Source of the DNA: Patescibacteria group bacterium
Lineage (GTDB): Bacteria; Patescibacteriota; Microgenomatia; Levybacterales; UBA12049
DNA: 64,000 nt
Direction of reading: 5' to 3'
Assembly: GCA_041743715.1 (NCBI GenBank)
Contig: JBGTMH010000045.1
Span: forward strand, 18,092-82,091
In this document: positions 8,025-16,863 of the stretch, in pieces
How positions within the stretch are numbered: position 1 is the stretch's first letter
Layout of the letters: each line of letters opens with the position of its first letter
Made by a program: the position numbers and the translations under genes
Notes under the pieces: model-generated
Database searches by the model: none
What the model was told of the DNA's origin: nothing
Seen by the model: the letters and a program-made list of their open reading frames with translations, nothing else

Positions 8025-10166
8025 TTAATATTTGAAGATTTGGAAAAGGTTGCTGTAGTCATCTGTCCAGAGTTTTATGTCTGTTCTACTTGGCTTGTCC
8101 TTTTTTGCTTTGTTAAGTGCTGAGGTCGTAAGTAATGATTTATCAGCCGCGAGAAACGCCCATTTGGAACGTGACTGCATATCATTTGCAGGAGGCACAT
8201 CGATAAAAATAACATGCATCTTGTGATATTGCGCAGCTTTTTGGATGACAGGAATGAGATCAAGATAGGTATTTGAAATATGGACCGCGATAATACTCTC
8301 CTTTGCAAGATGTGCTTTATAGAGTGCAAATGCTTCTTTGGTCAGCAGATGTACGGGGATTGCGTCATCGTTAAATGCATCCACGATAAAGAGATGATAG
8401 TTCTGCTTGTTATTTTCTTTGAGTTCTTTTTCCATTGAAAGCCTTCCATCACCGACAACATTTGTCACTTTTGCAGGTGTGTTGGCAAGATAGGTAAAAT
8501 GTGTCTTTGCCAGTTCTACATCTAACGGATTTAATTCATAAAATTTGATAGTATCTCCCTCTTGTCCATATGCTGCGATTGTCCCAACACCCAGTCCGAT
8601 AACACCAATCTGTAGTGGAGTCGTTTTTTCGCGAACACTATCGACAGCAAGTCCGATACTCTTTTCTCCAAAATATGTTGTCGGTTTCATCTTTTGTGAC
8701 TCAGCCAAGGGTTGGCAACCATGGATAATTTTGCCATTGAGTAGGCATCGGGTATCGGTTTTTTCTTGCTGCATTATTCGGAGTGTACCGTAGGAATTTC
8801 TCCAAACGCCAACTGAATTATTTGTTTGTTCAAGAAATAAGGCTATGGAAATGATTCCAAAAAAGAAACTGACAACAGCGATAAGAAAGACGGTCATTTC
8901 TTTTTGGGACCGGAGACCAAAATCAAGTCGGCGGTACAGAAATGAATTTTTATACTTGATAAGCACAAGGACTGCAATAAGCGTTGTTAAAAATAACCCA
9001 AGCAAGAATTCCCAAAAGAGTCCAATAAAAAAAATCGGCGCGATAATCGCGACAATTAATGCTCCTACCACACTGCCGAAAGCCATTACTAAGTAAAAGG
9101 CATTTATGTCTTTTGTTGGGGGTCTCGTGGCAAAAAGTTCACCGTGACACACCATAAAACAGCTGAAAAGCATAATGGTATACAAAACAAGCTCGACAAA
9201 AATGCTCAGTGCAGGCGGCTGGGTCAGAAGGGCTAGGACTACAGGAATAGTCAGAAGAAAACAATACGCGTAGAGATTCCGTTTGTAAAAAGATCGCTCA
9301 CTAAAGCATAGGATAAAAGAAAGAAGATATAATCCGAGCGGCAGAAGCCAAAGAAACGGAATCGGGGCGATACCCTGTGTCAATTGATGTGTTCCAGCAA
9401 GAAGCATGAGTGATGAGACTGCGGGAAGAAAGAGCCAGAGTCTATACTGTGTCATCCCGACCGAGTCCGCAGACGAGTGGAGGGATCTTTTCAACTGTGC
9501 CGCTTGTGGTGAGAAGATTCCTCGACTCCTTTCAGTCGCTCGGAATGACAAATAAGTACAAAATACAAGTAATAAACATAAAATAATAAAAATAAGTGAC
9601 CAAATCTGTCCTTGGTTTTGTAATGAAAGAAAGGGTTCGATAAAAAAAGGATAACTAATAATTGCCAACAGGGAGCCCGCATTGGAAAGAGCATAGAGTG
9701 GATAAGGAGATTTTTTATGAGGAAGTACACTGAACCATTTTTGTAAAAGCGTGCTGGTTGTGGAGAGAAGAAAATATGGTAGCCCGACACTTATCAGTAA
9801 GATAGCAAGTACCTGGATTACCGGTGCGTATGTCTCAGGAAGTTTTAGTTCAACTCCTGGTGTAATAGGTGAGTTCCAATGTGAAAATAAAAGCACCGTA
9901 ATAATGACAATTGTCACAACTAATGTACTATGAAGCAAGAGCTGCTGTCTTAATGAGAATTTTGTGAGCAGATACGCGTACAAGTAACCCGCCAAAAGCA
10001 GGGTTTGAAAAAATAACAGTGAGGTTATCCAAACAAACGATGTTCCACCAAACCATGGAAGAATATATTTTCCGATGAGCGGTTGGACTTGGAAGAGCAG
10101 AAAAGCGCTGAGGAAGATGGTTACTGAAAAACTGATGAAGTAGAGAAGCGAATGGTTGTATTTCAT
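8025..10166 (-). CDS. Polytopic membrane domain fused to a spermidine-synthase-like (class I methyltransferase fold) domain
   Basis: 713 aa. About 450 aa of TM helices, then VIGLGVGTIAAYGQEGDTIKFYELNP...LFIVDAFNDDAIPVHLLTKEAF, a spermidine synthase family signature. Confidence 0.75.
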   Translation of the reverse strand: MKYNHSLLYFISFSVTIFLSAFLLFQVQPLIGKYILPWFGGTSFVWITSLLFFQTLLLAGYLYAYLLTKFSLRQQLLLHSTLVVTIVIITVLLFSHWNSPITPGVELKLPETYAPVIQVLAILLISVGLPYFLLSTTSTLLQKWFSVLPHKKSPYPLYALSNAGSLLAIISYPFFIEPFLSLQNQGQIWSLIFIILCLLLVFCTYLSFRATERSRGIFSPQAAQLKRSLHSSADSVGMTQYRLWLFLPAVSSLMLLAGTHQLTQGIAPIPFLWLLPLGLYLLSFILCFSERSFYKRNLYAYCFLLTIPVVLALLTQPPALSIFVELVLYTIMLFSCFMVCHGELFATRPPTKDINAFYLVMAFGSVVGALIVAIIAPIFFIGLFWEFLLGLFLTTLIAVLVLIKYKNSFLYRRLDFGLRSQKEMTVFLIAVVSFFFGIISIALFLEQTNNSVGVWRNSYGTLRIMQQEKTDTRCLLNGKIIHGCQPLAESQKMKPTTYFGEKSIGLAVDSVREKTTPLQIGVIGLGVGTIAAYGQEGDTIKFYELNPLDVELAKTHFTYLANTPAKVTNVVGDGRLSMEKELKENNKQNYHLFIVDAFNDDAIPVHLLTKEAFALYKAHLAKESIIAVHISNTYLDLIPVIQKAAQYHKMHVIFIDVPPANDMQSRSKWAFLAADKSLLTTSALNKAKKDKPSRTDIKLWTDDYSNLFQIFKY
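9451..9549. repeat. 99-bp nested palindromic element (GTCATCCCGACCGAG...GTCGCTCGGAATGAC) inside the coding sequence
   Basis: Outer arms 9451-9465 / 9535-9549 pair at 12 of 15 positions. Inner arms 9475-9492 / 9511-9528 pair at 15 of 18. 99 bp is 33 codons, read through as LSFRATERSRGIFSPQAAQLKRSLHSSADSVGMT between TM helices. Confidence 0.7.
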
Positions 10167-10175
10167 GTGGGTGCA

Positions 10176-10204
10176 TTGATTATAGCAGAGAAATTATCTA
10201 CAAT
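10176..10204 (+). promoter_or_regulatory. Promoter TTGATT-17-TACAAT for murB
   Basis: TTGATT 10176-10181, 17-nt spacer, TACAAT 10199-10204. The murB ATG lies 8 nt after the -10 box and there is no SD. Confidence 0.5.
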
Positions 10205-10212
10205 TAACTGCT

Positions 10213-11178
10213 ATGTTGATTCAACAAGACTTTTCGCTTTCAGAACGACTTTGGTATAAAATCGGCGGCAGGGCAAAATATTTTTTGACTGTTGAGAACA
10301 GGGACGACATCACAGAAGCGCTTGCCTTTGTCAAAAAACGTAAACCGAATCGTTTATTTATCTGTGGACTCGGATCTAACCTCATTTTTTCGGATGAGTA
10401 CTTTGATGGGGTTGTAATTCAAATTGTTTCAACAAAAAATCATTCTGTGCACGCTATAGAAGGGGGGAAAATTACTGTTTTTGCCGGGACTGTTCTTGAC
10501 GATGTCATTACGTTTTCTTTTAGTCATAACCTGACTGGACTTGAGTGGGCTGGTGGTTTGCCTGGTACAGTGGGTGCTGGGGTTCGTGGAAACGTGGGTG
10601 CTTATGGCGGAGAGATAAAAGATTCGCTCGTTACTGCTGAAGTGTTGGATTATTCGGGTGGCAACCTAGTTGTAAAAACGTTAACAAACGAGCAATTACA
10701 ATTTGTTTACAGGGGGAGTTTGATAAAGTCCCACAAAAAAATGGTGGTTATATCTGCAACGTTTGGACTCAAAAAAAGTTCGGAGGAGAAAATAGAAGAA
10801 GCACAAAAAGTTTACATGCACAACAAACAGTTACGAAAAGACAAACATCCTCTAGAGTATCCCAACTGTGGATCGGTATTTAAGAATTTAAGAAAGAAAG
10901 ATGAGATTGAAAAAGTTCTCTCAATCTATCCGGAGTTCAGAGAAAATGTTGAGAAGAAATGGTTTGGCAAAATTGCAGTGGCAAGTTTGATAGAACGGTT
11001 AGGATTAAAAGGATACCGGATAGGGGATGCACAAGTGTCAACTAAGCATGCACTTTTTATCGTCAATCTCGGTCACGCAAAAGCAAAAGATGTGTTGCAG
11101 ATCATTCAAGACATTCAGGAAAAATTTGAGAACGTCTTCGGATTTCAGTTGGAAGTTGAAGTTGAAATTGTAAAATAG
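10213..11178 (+). CDS. murB: UDP-N-acetylenolpyruvoylglucosamine reductase
   Basis: YKIGGRAKYF, GLGSNLIF, GLPGTVGAGVRGNVGAYG and NCGSVFKN are all MurB/FAD-binding PCMH signatures. Confidence 0.9.
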   Translation: MLIQQDFSLSERLWYKIGGRAKYFLTVENRDDITEALAFVKKRKPNRLFICGLGSNLIFSDEYFDGVVIQIVSTKNHSVHAIEGGKITVFAGTVLDDVITFSFSHNLTGLEWAGGLPGTVGAGVRGNVGAYGGEIKDSLVTAEVLDYSGGNLVVKTLTNEQLQFVYRGSLIKSHKKMVVISATFGLKKSSEEKIEEAQKVYMHNKQLRKDKHPLEYPNCGSVFKNLRKKDEIEKVLSIYPEFRENVEKKWFGKIAVASLIERLGLKGYRIGDAQVSTKHALFIVNLGHAKAKDVLQIIQDIQEKFENVFGFQLEVEVEIVK

Positions 11179-11190
11179 TTCTGTTACAAT
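11162..11190 (+). promoter_or_regulatory. Promoter TTGAAA-17-TACAAT overlapping the murB stop, driving the lysine-operon leader
   Basis: TTGAAA 11162-11167, 17-nt spacer, TACAAT 11185-11190. Confidence 0.5.
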
Positions 11191-11202
11191 GCATTTATAT
11201 CT

Positions 11203-11253
11203 ATGAAATCTGTTACCTTAATTTCAAAAAAGTCAAAGAAGCCTCTCGCCTGA
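11203..11253 (+). CDS. Candidate regulatory leader peptide MKSVTLISKKSKKPLA (5 Lys in 16 codons)
   Basis: ATG 11203 lies 12 nt after the -10 box. Lys codons sit at 11206-11208 and in a KKSKK cluster at 11227-11241. The stop TGA 11251-11253 overlaps the 5' arm of the antiterminator stem. Confidence 0.45.
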   Translation: MKSVTLISKKSKKPLA

Positions 11254-11288
11254 GGGACTCTCTTTGTGGAAAAGAAAGAGCGCCCCTC
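11252..11288 (+). promoter_or_regulatory. Antiterminator hairpin of the lysine-operon leader
   Basis: 11252-11265 (GAGGGACTCTCTTT) pairs with 11275-11288 (AAAGAGCGCCCCTC), giving 12 Watson-Crick pairs and 2 mismatches with a 9-nt loop. It consumes CCCCTC (11283-11288), which the terminator needs. Confidence 0.5.
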
Positions 11289-11304
11289 AAATGAGGGGTT
11301 TTTT
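11283..11304 (+). terminator. Intrinsic terminator CCCCTC-AAAT-GAGGGG-TTTTTT
   Basis: 6-bp GC-rich stem 11283-11288 / 11293-11298, a 4-nt loop, and a run of six T at 11299-11304. It lies 30 nt upstream of the lysA start, whose SD is AAAGGA. Confidence 0.65.
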
Positions 11305-11333
11305 AGTGGAAAAATTTAGAGAAAGGAAATATT

Positions 11334-12656
11334 ATGCAAAGAGTTGATAGAAGTGAGTCAAGAAATGGTGTTTCGCCAGATCGTGCAACATTAAAAAGTT
11401 TGACACTACCATTTCACAGAGAACGGCTTATTGCAATAACAACTGAATATCCAACACCAGTTTATCTCTACGATGAAGCAGGAATAAGAGCAAGCGCACG
11501 AAGATTAATCGATGCTTTTTCTTGGGTAAAAGATGGAAGAGGTGGGGGATTTAAGAATTTTTTTGCAGTGAAGGCTACCCCAAATCCTGCAATATTGGGA
11601 ATTCTGAGAGAGGAAGGTCTTGGTGCAGATTGTAGTTCACTTCCCGAGCTGATGCTTGCTGAGCGCTCAGGGATAGTCGGTGAAGATATCATGTTCACTT
11701 CAAATAATACTCCAGCGGAAGAATTTGTAGCAGCAAGAAGATTAGGTGGAATCATAAATCTTGATGATATTAGTCATATTTCATTTTTAGAAAGACATGC
11801 TGGGATACCACCAGTAATTAGTTTTCGTTATAATCCTGGTCCTCTGCGTGAAGGAAATGTAATTATCGGAAATCCAGAAGAAGCAAAATATGGTTTGACG
11901 AGAGAACAGATTTTTGATGCATATGAAATTATGAAGGGAAAAGGTGTACGAAGATTTGGTTTGCATACAATGGTTGCGTCTAATGAACTAGACCCCCAAT
12001 ATTTTGTAGAGACGGCAAAAATGCTTTTTGAATTAGTCGGGGACTTGAGTGAGCGTGGAATTAACATGGAGTTTGTCAATTTAGGCGGGGGTATTGGAAT
12101 TCCATACAAACCAGAACAAGAGCCAGTAGATGTTGAAGCAATTTCAGCTGGAGTGAAAGAGGCATATGATGAACTAATTGTGGCAAGAGACTTAGATCCA
12201 CTGGGAATCACGATGGAATGCGGAAGATATATTACCGGCCCTCATGGTTTTCTTGTCGCTAAAGCGATACATAAGAAAGATATTTATAGGAAATATGTCG
12301 GGGTTGATGCAAGTATGGCAAACCTTATGCGTCCAGGTATGTATGGTGCATATCATCATATCACTATTCCTGGAAAAGAACGTGCTCCACGAGATCGTAC
12401 TTATGATGTAACTGGAGGGCTGTGTGAGAATAACGATAAGTTTGGGGTTCAAAGAGATTTACCGGAAATACAGATTGGGGATTTTGTTGTCATTCATGAT
12501 GCAGGCGCGCATGGGCATTCAATGGGTTTTAACTATAACGGCAAACTGCGTTCCGCTGAGGTCTTACTTCGACCTGATGGGAGTACTCAGCTTATAAGAA
12601 GAGCTGAAACAATCGCTGATCATTTCACGACCTTAGTTTTTGATGGAGCACAGTAG
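11334..12656 (+). CDS. lysA: Diaminopimelate decarboxylase (PLP, Orn/DAP/Arg decarboxylase fold)
   Basis: PTPVYLYDE, FAVKATPNP (PLP-binding Lys), GGGIGIPY, GGLCENNDKF. The operon context with the dap genes supports lysA over other family members. Confidence 0.8.
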   Translation: MQRVDRSESRNGVSPDRATLKSLTLPFHRERLIAITTEYPTPVYLYDEAGIRASARRLIDAFSWVKDGRGGGFKNFFAVKATPNPAILGILREEGLGADCSSLPELMLAERSGIVGEDIMFTSNNTPAEEFVAARRLGGIINLDDISHISFLERHAGIPPVISFRYNPGPLREGNVIIGNPEEAKYGLTREQIFDAYEIMKGKGVRRFGLHTMVASNELDPQYFVETAKMLFELVGDLSERGINMEFVNLGGGIGIPYKPEQEPVDVEAISAGVKEAYDELIVARDLDPLGITMECGRYITGPHGFLVAKAIHKKDIYRKYVGVDASMANLMRPGMYGAYHHITIPGKERAPRDRTYDVTGGLCENNDKFGVQRDLPEIQIGDFVVIHDAGAHGHSMGFNYNGKLRSAEVLLRPDGSTQLIRRAETIADHFTTLVFDGAQ

Positions 12657-12678
12657 GTTATCTTTAGTGGCTAATACT

Positions 12679-13902
12679 ATGGCAAAAATTAATAAAAATT
12701 TTAAAAAATTACAAAAAAACTATCTATTTATAGATATTGCAAAGCGGACAAAAGCGTTTATAGAAGCAAATCCCGGTGTTACGGTTTTGCGTCTTGGTAT
12801 CGGTGATACAACCGAACCCATTCCGCCAGTTGTCATAGCCGGTATGCACGCAGGTGTTGAGAAATTATCAAAAAGAGAAACGTACACAGGGTATGACGAC
12901 AATCTCGGAAATCCGCGGCTTAAGCAGGCTTTTGTGGATTGGTATCAACAGCGCGGCGTTTCCCTTGATACATCGGAAATTTGTATTGGGGATGGAGGAA
13001 AACCTGATAGTGGAAATATTCAATCAATTTTTTCTCCCAAAAACATCATTGCCGTTTCTGATCCTGTTTATCCGGTATATGTTGACAGTAATGTTATAGC
13101 TGGAAGAACTGGAACCTATGCAAACGGAAAATATAAAGGAGTTGTCTATATGCCCCTCACAAGTAAAAATAATTTCATCCCCAAAGTACCTGATGTAAAA
13201 GTAGATTTGATTTATTTATGCAGTCCAAATAATCCGACCGGAGGAGTGATGAGTAAAAAAGATCTTGAGCGGTTTGTGAAATATGCCAGGAAAAACAAAT
13301 CAGTCATTATCTTCGACTCCGCCTACTCAATGTATATAAAAGATAGCGATTTGCCGAGAAGTATTTATGAAATTGAAGGAGCAAAATCTTGCGCGATAGA
13401 AATCAGCAGTTTTTCAAAATGGGCTGGATTCACAGGGGTGCGGCTGGGGTGGACGATTGTCCCAAAAGAATTGGTCTCAGAAGATTCGGAGAAAGGGGAA
13501 TTACATGCGATGTGGTTCCGTCGACAGACGACTATGTTTAATGGCGCATCAAATATTGCTCAAGAAGGCGGCATAGCTGTTTTGTCAAAACAAGGGCAGA
13601 AGCAGTGTCAGCAACTGGTTGATTATTATATGGGAAATGCACAGTTAATTAGAAATACATTTTTAAAATTAGGATTCACTGTCTATGGAGGAGAAAATGC
13701 GCCGTATATTTGGCTTAAAACACCGACTGGTTATAGCTCTTGGGAATTTTTTGATAAAGTACTCAGTGAGACTCATATCGTCGGAACACCTGGATCAGGA
13801 TTCGGCAGTTGTGGAGAGGGATATTTCAGACTCTCAGCATTTGGAAAGAGGGAGAATATTGAGAAAGCGGTTAAAAGTATACAGAAGAATTTAAAACTAT
13901 GA
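12679..13902 (+). CDS. dapL: LL-diaminopimelate aminotransferase
   Basis: N-terminus MAKINKNFKKLQKNYLFIDIAKR is DapL-typical. Also SFSKWAGFTGVRLGW (PLP-binding Lys) and CSPNNPTG. Start taken at ATG 12679 rather than the ORF-track start 12640. Confidence 0.85.
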   Translation: MAKINKNFKKLQKNYLFIDIAKRTKAFIEANPGVTVLRLGIGDTTEPIPPVVIAGMHAGVEKLSKRETYTGYDDNLGNPRLKQAFVDWYQQRGVSLDTSEICIGDGGKPDSGNIQSIFSPKNIIAVSDPVYPVYVDSNVIAGRTGTYANGKYKGVVYMPLTSKNNFIPKVPDVKVDLIYLCSPNNPTGGVMSKKDLERFVKYARKNKSVIIFDSAYSMYIKDSDLPRSIYEIEGAKSCAIEISSFSKWAGFTGVRLGWTIVPKELVSEDSEKGELHAMWFRRQTTMFNGASNIAQEGGIAVLSKQGQKQCQQLVDYYMGNAQLIRNTFLKLGFTVYGGENAPYIWLKTPTGYSSWEFFDKVLSETHIVGTPGSGFGSCGEGYFRLSAFGKRENIEKAVKSIQKNLKL

Positions 13903-15242
13903 TTATCGCTAAATTTGGTGGGACATCGGTGAGTACAAAAGAGCGGTTTGAGACAATTTGTCAGATAGTTCTGAAAGAAAAAGAGAGACAGCCAGTTGTT
14001 GTTGTGTCCGCGATTCGTGGTATTACAGATCTATTGTTAGCATCTGTTGATGCTTCGTCTCAAGAAAGGAAATCAATTTTTAATCAGATCGAGAAGATGC
14101 ATATGGATCTTGTCCGGGCTTTTTGGAAAAAGCAGGATGTGACAGATATCGAAATATATCTGAAAAAATGTTTGCAGCAATTGGAGCATTTGTTAACAAA
14201 AAAAGAAAGAAGCAAGGCACTTTCTGATGAAATTGTCTCTTTTGGTGAGATGCTTTCTTCTTATGTAATTAGTAAAGCCCTTGAGACAAAAGGTTTTCGT
14301 TCGCAGCAGGTCGTTGCGACTGAGTTGATTGTTACTAATGTTGAATTCGGTGCTGCTGAATTTTTGCCAAAAGAAACTGTGCAAAAATCGAAAAAAGTTA
14401 TCATGCCATTGATCGAGAAAGGGATTATTCCGGTTGTTACCGGGTTTATCGGTAGTACCAAAGATGGACGAATTACAACGCTAGGAAGAGGTGGTTCAGA
14501 TTATAGTGCTGCTGTTTTGGGGTTTGCATTGCAGGCTGAGGAAATTCAAATTTGGACTGATGTTGATGGTATATTTACGACTGATCCACGGTATTTTAAA
14601 GATGCTTTTGTTTTGTCACATGTGTCGTATAAGGAAGCATCAGAGCTTGCTTCCTTTGGAGGAAAAGTTCTTCATCCACGGACAATTCGTCCGGCGATAC
14701 ATGCTGGGATTCCGGTTCGTGTACTGAATACACTTAATCCGGCTTTTCAAGGAACGCTGATTACAGAAAAGCCACTACAGACTTCTCATATTGCAGCAAT
14801 TGCTTCAAAACGAAAAATAACGCTTGTGAATTTATACTCGACAGAGATGTTATTTAGCAAAGGATTTTTAGCTCGTGTCTTTACTGTTTTTGCAAAACAT
14901 AATATTTCAGTGGACCTTGTCAGTGTCTCTGAGGTAAGCGTTTCTGTAACACTTGATAACGATGAGAACTTAAAAGATGCTACTTGCGAATTAGAGAAAT
15001 TTACTGCGGTGACAACGGATGATAAATATGGTATGGTTTCACTTATCGGTGACGGAATAGTCAGCGTTAAAAATATTATGAGAAATATTTTTTCGATTCT
15101 TGAACAGTTCCATATAGAAGTCAAAATGATATCACTTGGAGCAACAGACATTAATATTAGCTTAGTTATTCCAACAGTACAGGTTGACGAAGCAGTTTCA
15201 GTTTTGCATAGAACAATGGTTGTCAGGAAAGGATACATATGA
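13899..15242 (+). CDS. lysC: Aspartate kinase
   Basis: IIAKFGGTSV, GRGGSDYSAA, IWTDVDGIFTTDPR, plus C-terminal ACT-like repeats. ATGA overlap with dapL. Confidence 0.9.
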   Translation: MIIAKFGGTSVSTKERFETICQIVLKEKERQPVVVVSAIRGITDLLLASVDASSQERKSIFNQIEKMHMDLVRAFWKKQDVTDIEIYLKKCLQQLEHLLTKKERSKALSDEIVSFGEMLSSYVISKALETKGFRSQQVVATELIVTNVEFGAAEFLPKETVQKSKKVIMPLIEKGIIPVVTGFIGSTKDGRITTLGRGGSDYSAAVLGFALQAEEIQIWTDVDGIFTTDPRYFKDAFVLSHVSYKEASELASFGGKVLHPRTIRPAIHAGIPVRVLNTLNPAFQGTLITEKPLQTSHIAAIASKRKITLVNLYSTEMLFSKGFLARVFTVFAKHNISVDLVSVSEVSVSVTLDNDENLKDATCELEKFTAVTTDDKYGMVSLIGDGIVSVKNIMRNIFSILEQFHIEVKMISLGATDINISLVIPTVQVDEAVSVLHRTMVVRKGYI

Positions 15243-15982
15243 AAATCGCACTGATTGGTTATGGAAAAGTTGGAAAAGAAATAGAGCGGATTGTTGCAGA
15301 AAGCAAAGAGCACTCGATTGTTTCAGTCAGTAATACAAAAAGCAAAGGATTGGATAAAGCGGGATTACGAAAAGCGGATGTGGCAATTGATTTTACAACT
15401 CCTGACGTTGTTCTCCAAAATATTAGTGAAGTCTTGTCAATGAAAATACCAATGGTTATTGGAACAACTGGATGGTACGATCAACTGCCAACAGTCGAAA
15501 AACTTGTCAAAGAAACGAAAACAGGATGTATCTACGGACCGAATTTTTCGATTGGTGTGAATATCTTTTTTAATATCGTTGAGCATGCAGCGAGTCTCGT
15601 TAAGCGATTTGATGGATATGATGTTTTTGGGATAGAGACGCATCATACAAGTAAAAAAGATAGCCCGAGCGGTACTGCACGGAAACTGTCAGATATTATA
15701 CTAGAGAATTATCCTCGTAAAAAAACACTGCAAACAGAAACGCTTAATCGACCGATTCGATCAGACGAATTACATCTAGTTTCAGTTCGGGGGGGGCGGA
15801 GTTTTGGTAAACATGAAATTACGTTTGACAGCCAATCAGATGAAATACAATTGGTTCATCAGTCTTGGGGAAGAAGAGGATTTGCCGAAGGGGCGCTGAT
15901 CGCTGCGAAGTTTATCGAAAATAAAAAAGGACTTTATAATTTTAGTGATATTTTTGCAAAGGAATGGGGTGAAAACATATGA
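15239..15982 (+). CDS. dapB: 4-hydroxy-tetrahydrodipicolinate reductase
   Basis: MKIALIGYGKVGKEI, GIETHHTSKKDSPSGTA (DapB E-x-HH-x-K-D-APSGTA motif). ATGA overlap with lysC. Confidence 0.9.
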   Translation: MKIALIGYGKVGKEIERIVAESKEHSIVSVSNTKSKGLDKAGLRKADVAIDFTTPDVVLQNISEVLSMKIPMVIGTTGWYDQLPTVEKLVKETKTGCIYGPNFSIGVNIFFNIVEHAASLVKRFDGYDVFGIETHHTSKKDSPSGTARKLSDIILENYPRKKTLQTETLNRPIRSDELHLVSVRGGRSFGKHEITFDSQSDEIQLVHQSWGRRGFAEGALIAAKFIENKKGLYNFSDIFAKEWGENI

Positions 15983-16863
15983 AAAAAATTACTGGAGCAT
16001 TAACAGCGGTTGTTACACCATTTGAAACAGATGGAAATGTTGATGTGAAAGCCTTAAAAAAACTTGTACAGTTTCAAATAAAAAACGGCATTGCAGGTAT
16101 TGTCCCTTGTGGATCGACAGGTGAAGCGGCAACACTGACTCTTGAGGAGTATCGATTGGTTGTCGAAACTGTTGTCAAAGAAGTAGCAGGTCAAGTATAC
16201 GTTATCGCAGGTGCGACACATAATGATACAAGTCGTGCAATCGAACTTTCTATAATCGCCAAAAAAGCCGGCGCTGATGGTCTTTTGCATGCAACGCCTT
16301 ATTACAATAAACCAACCCTCACAGGACTGATTGCTCACTATAAAGCAATTGCAGCAAACGCAAATTTGCCTATTATTCTTTACAATGTCCCCGGAAGAAC
16401 AGGACTTAATTTGACTTCCGATATGACATTAACACTTGCAAAAGAAATATCGCATGTTGTGGGAATAAAAGAAGCATCAGCAAATATTGTGCAAATAATG
16501 GATGTTATCAAACGTGCACCAACCGACTTTTCTATTCTTTCAGGTGACGACGCGTTTACGTTTTCCATTATGGCACTTGGAGGACACGGTATTATTTCTG
16601 TTGCTGCAAACGAGATTCCAAAAGAAATTGCAGCCCTAACAACGGCAGCTTTAGAAGGCGATTGGAAAAAAGCGAGAAAAATCCATTATGAATGGCTTGA
16701 TTTAATGCATATTAATTTCATTGAATCAAACCCACAGCCTGTAAAAACTGCGCTCTTTTTGATGGGGAAAATAAAGGAAGTTTTTCGTTTACCACTTGTT
16801 CCTATGCAAGATAAAAGCAAAGAAACGCTGAAAAAAGTTTTGAAAGGACATAATCTCACATGA
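15979..16863 (+). CDS. dapA: 4-hydroxy-tetrahydrodipicolinate synthase
   Basis: GSTGEAATLT, YNKPT, YNVPGRTG, GIKEASAN (Schiff-base Lys). ATGA overlap on both sides. Confidence 0.9.
   Translation: MKKITGALTAVVTPFETDGNVDVKALKKLVQFQIKNGIAGIVPCGSTGEAATLTLEEYRLVVETVVKEVAGQVYVIAGATHNDTSRAIELSIIAKKAGADGLLHATPYYNKPTLTGLIAHYKAIAANANLPIILYNVPGRTGLNLTSDMTLTLAKEISHVVGIKEASANIVQIMDVIKRAPTDFSILSGDDAFTFSIMALGGHGIISVAANEIPKEIAALTTAALEGDWKKARKIHYEWLDLMHINFIESNPQPVKTALFLMGKIKEVFRLPLVPMQDKSKETLKKVLKGHNLT

Noticed and set aside
11179-11333. Canonical lysine (L-box) riboswitch or T-box upstream of lysA
   Set aside because: The structured part of the leader is only ~100 nt, against roughly 180 nt for L-box and over 200 nt for T-box. 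I could not recognise the conserved L-box helices or a T-box specifier/T-box sequence. A covariance-model search is still needed to be sure.
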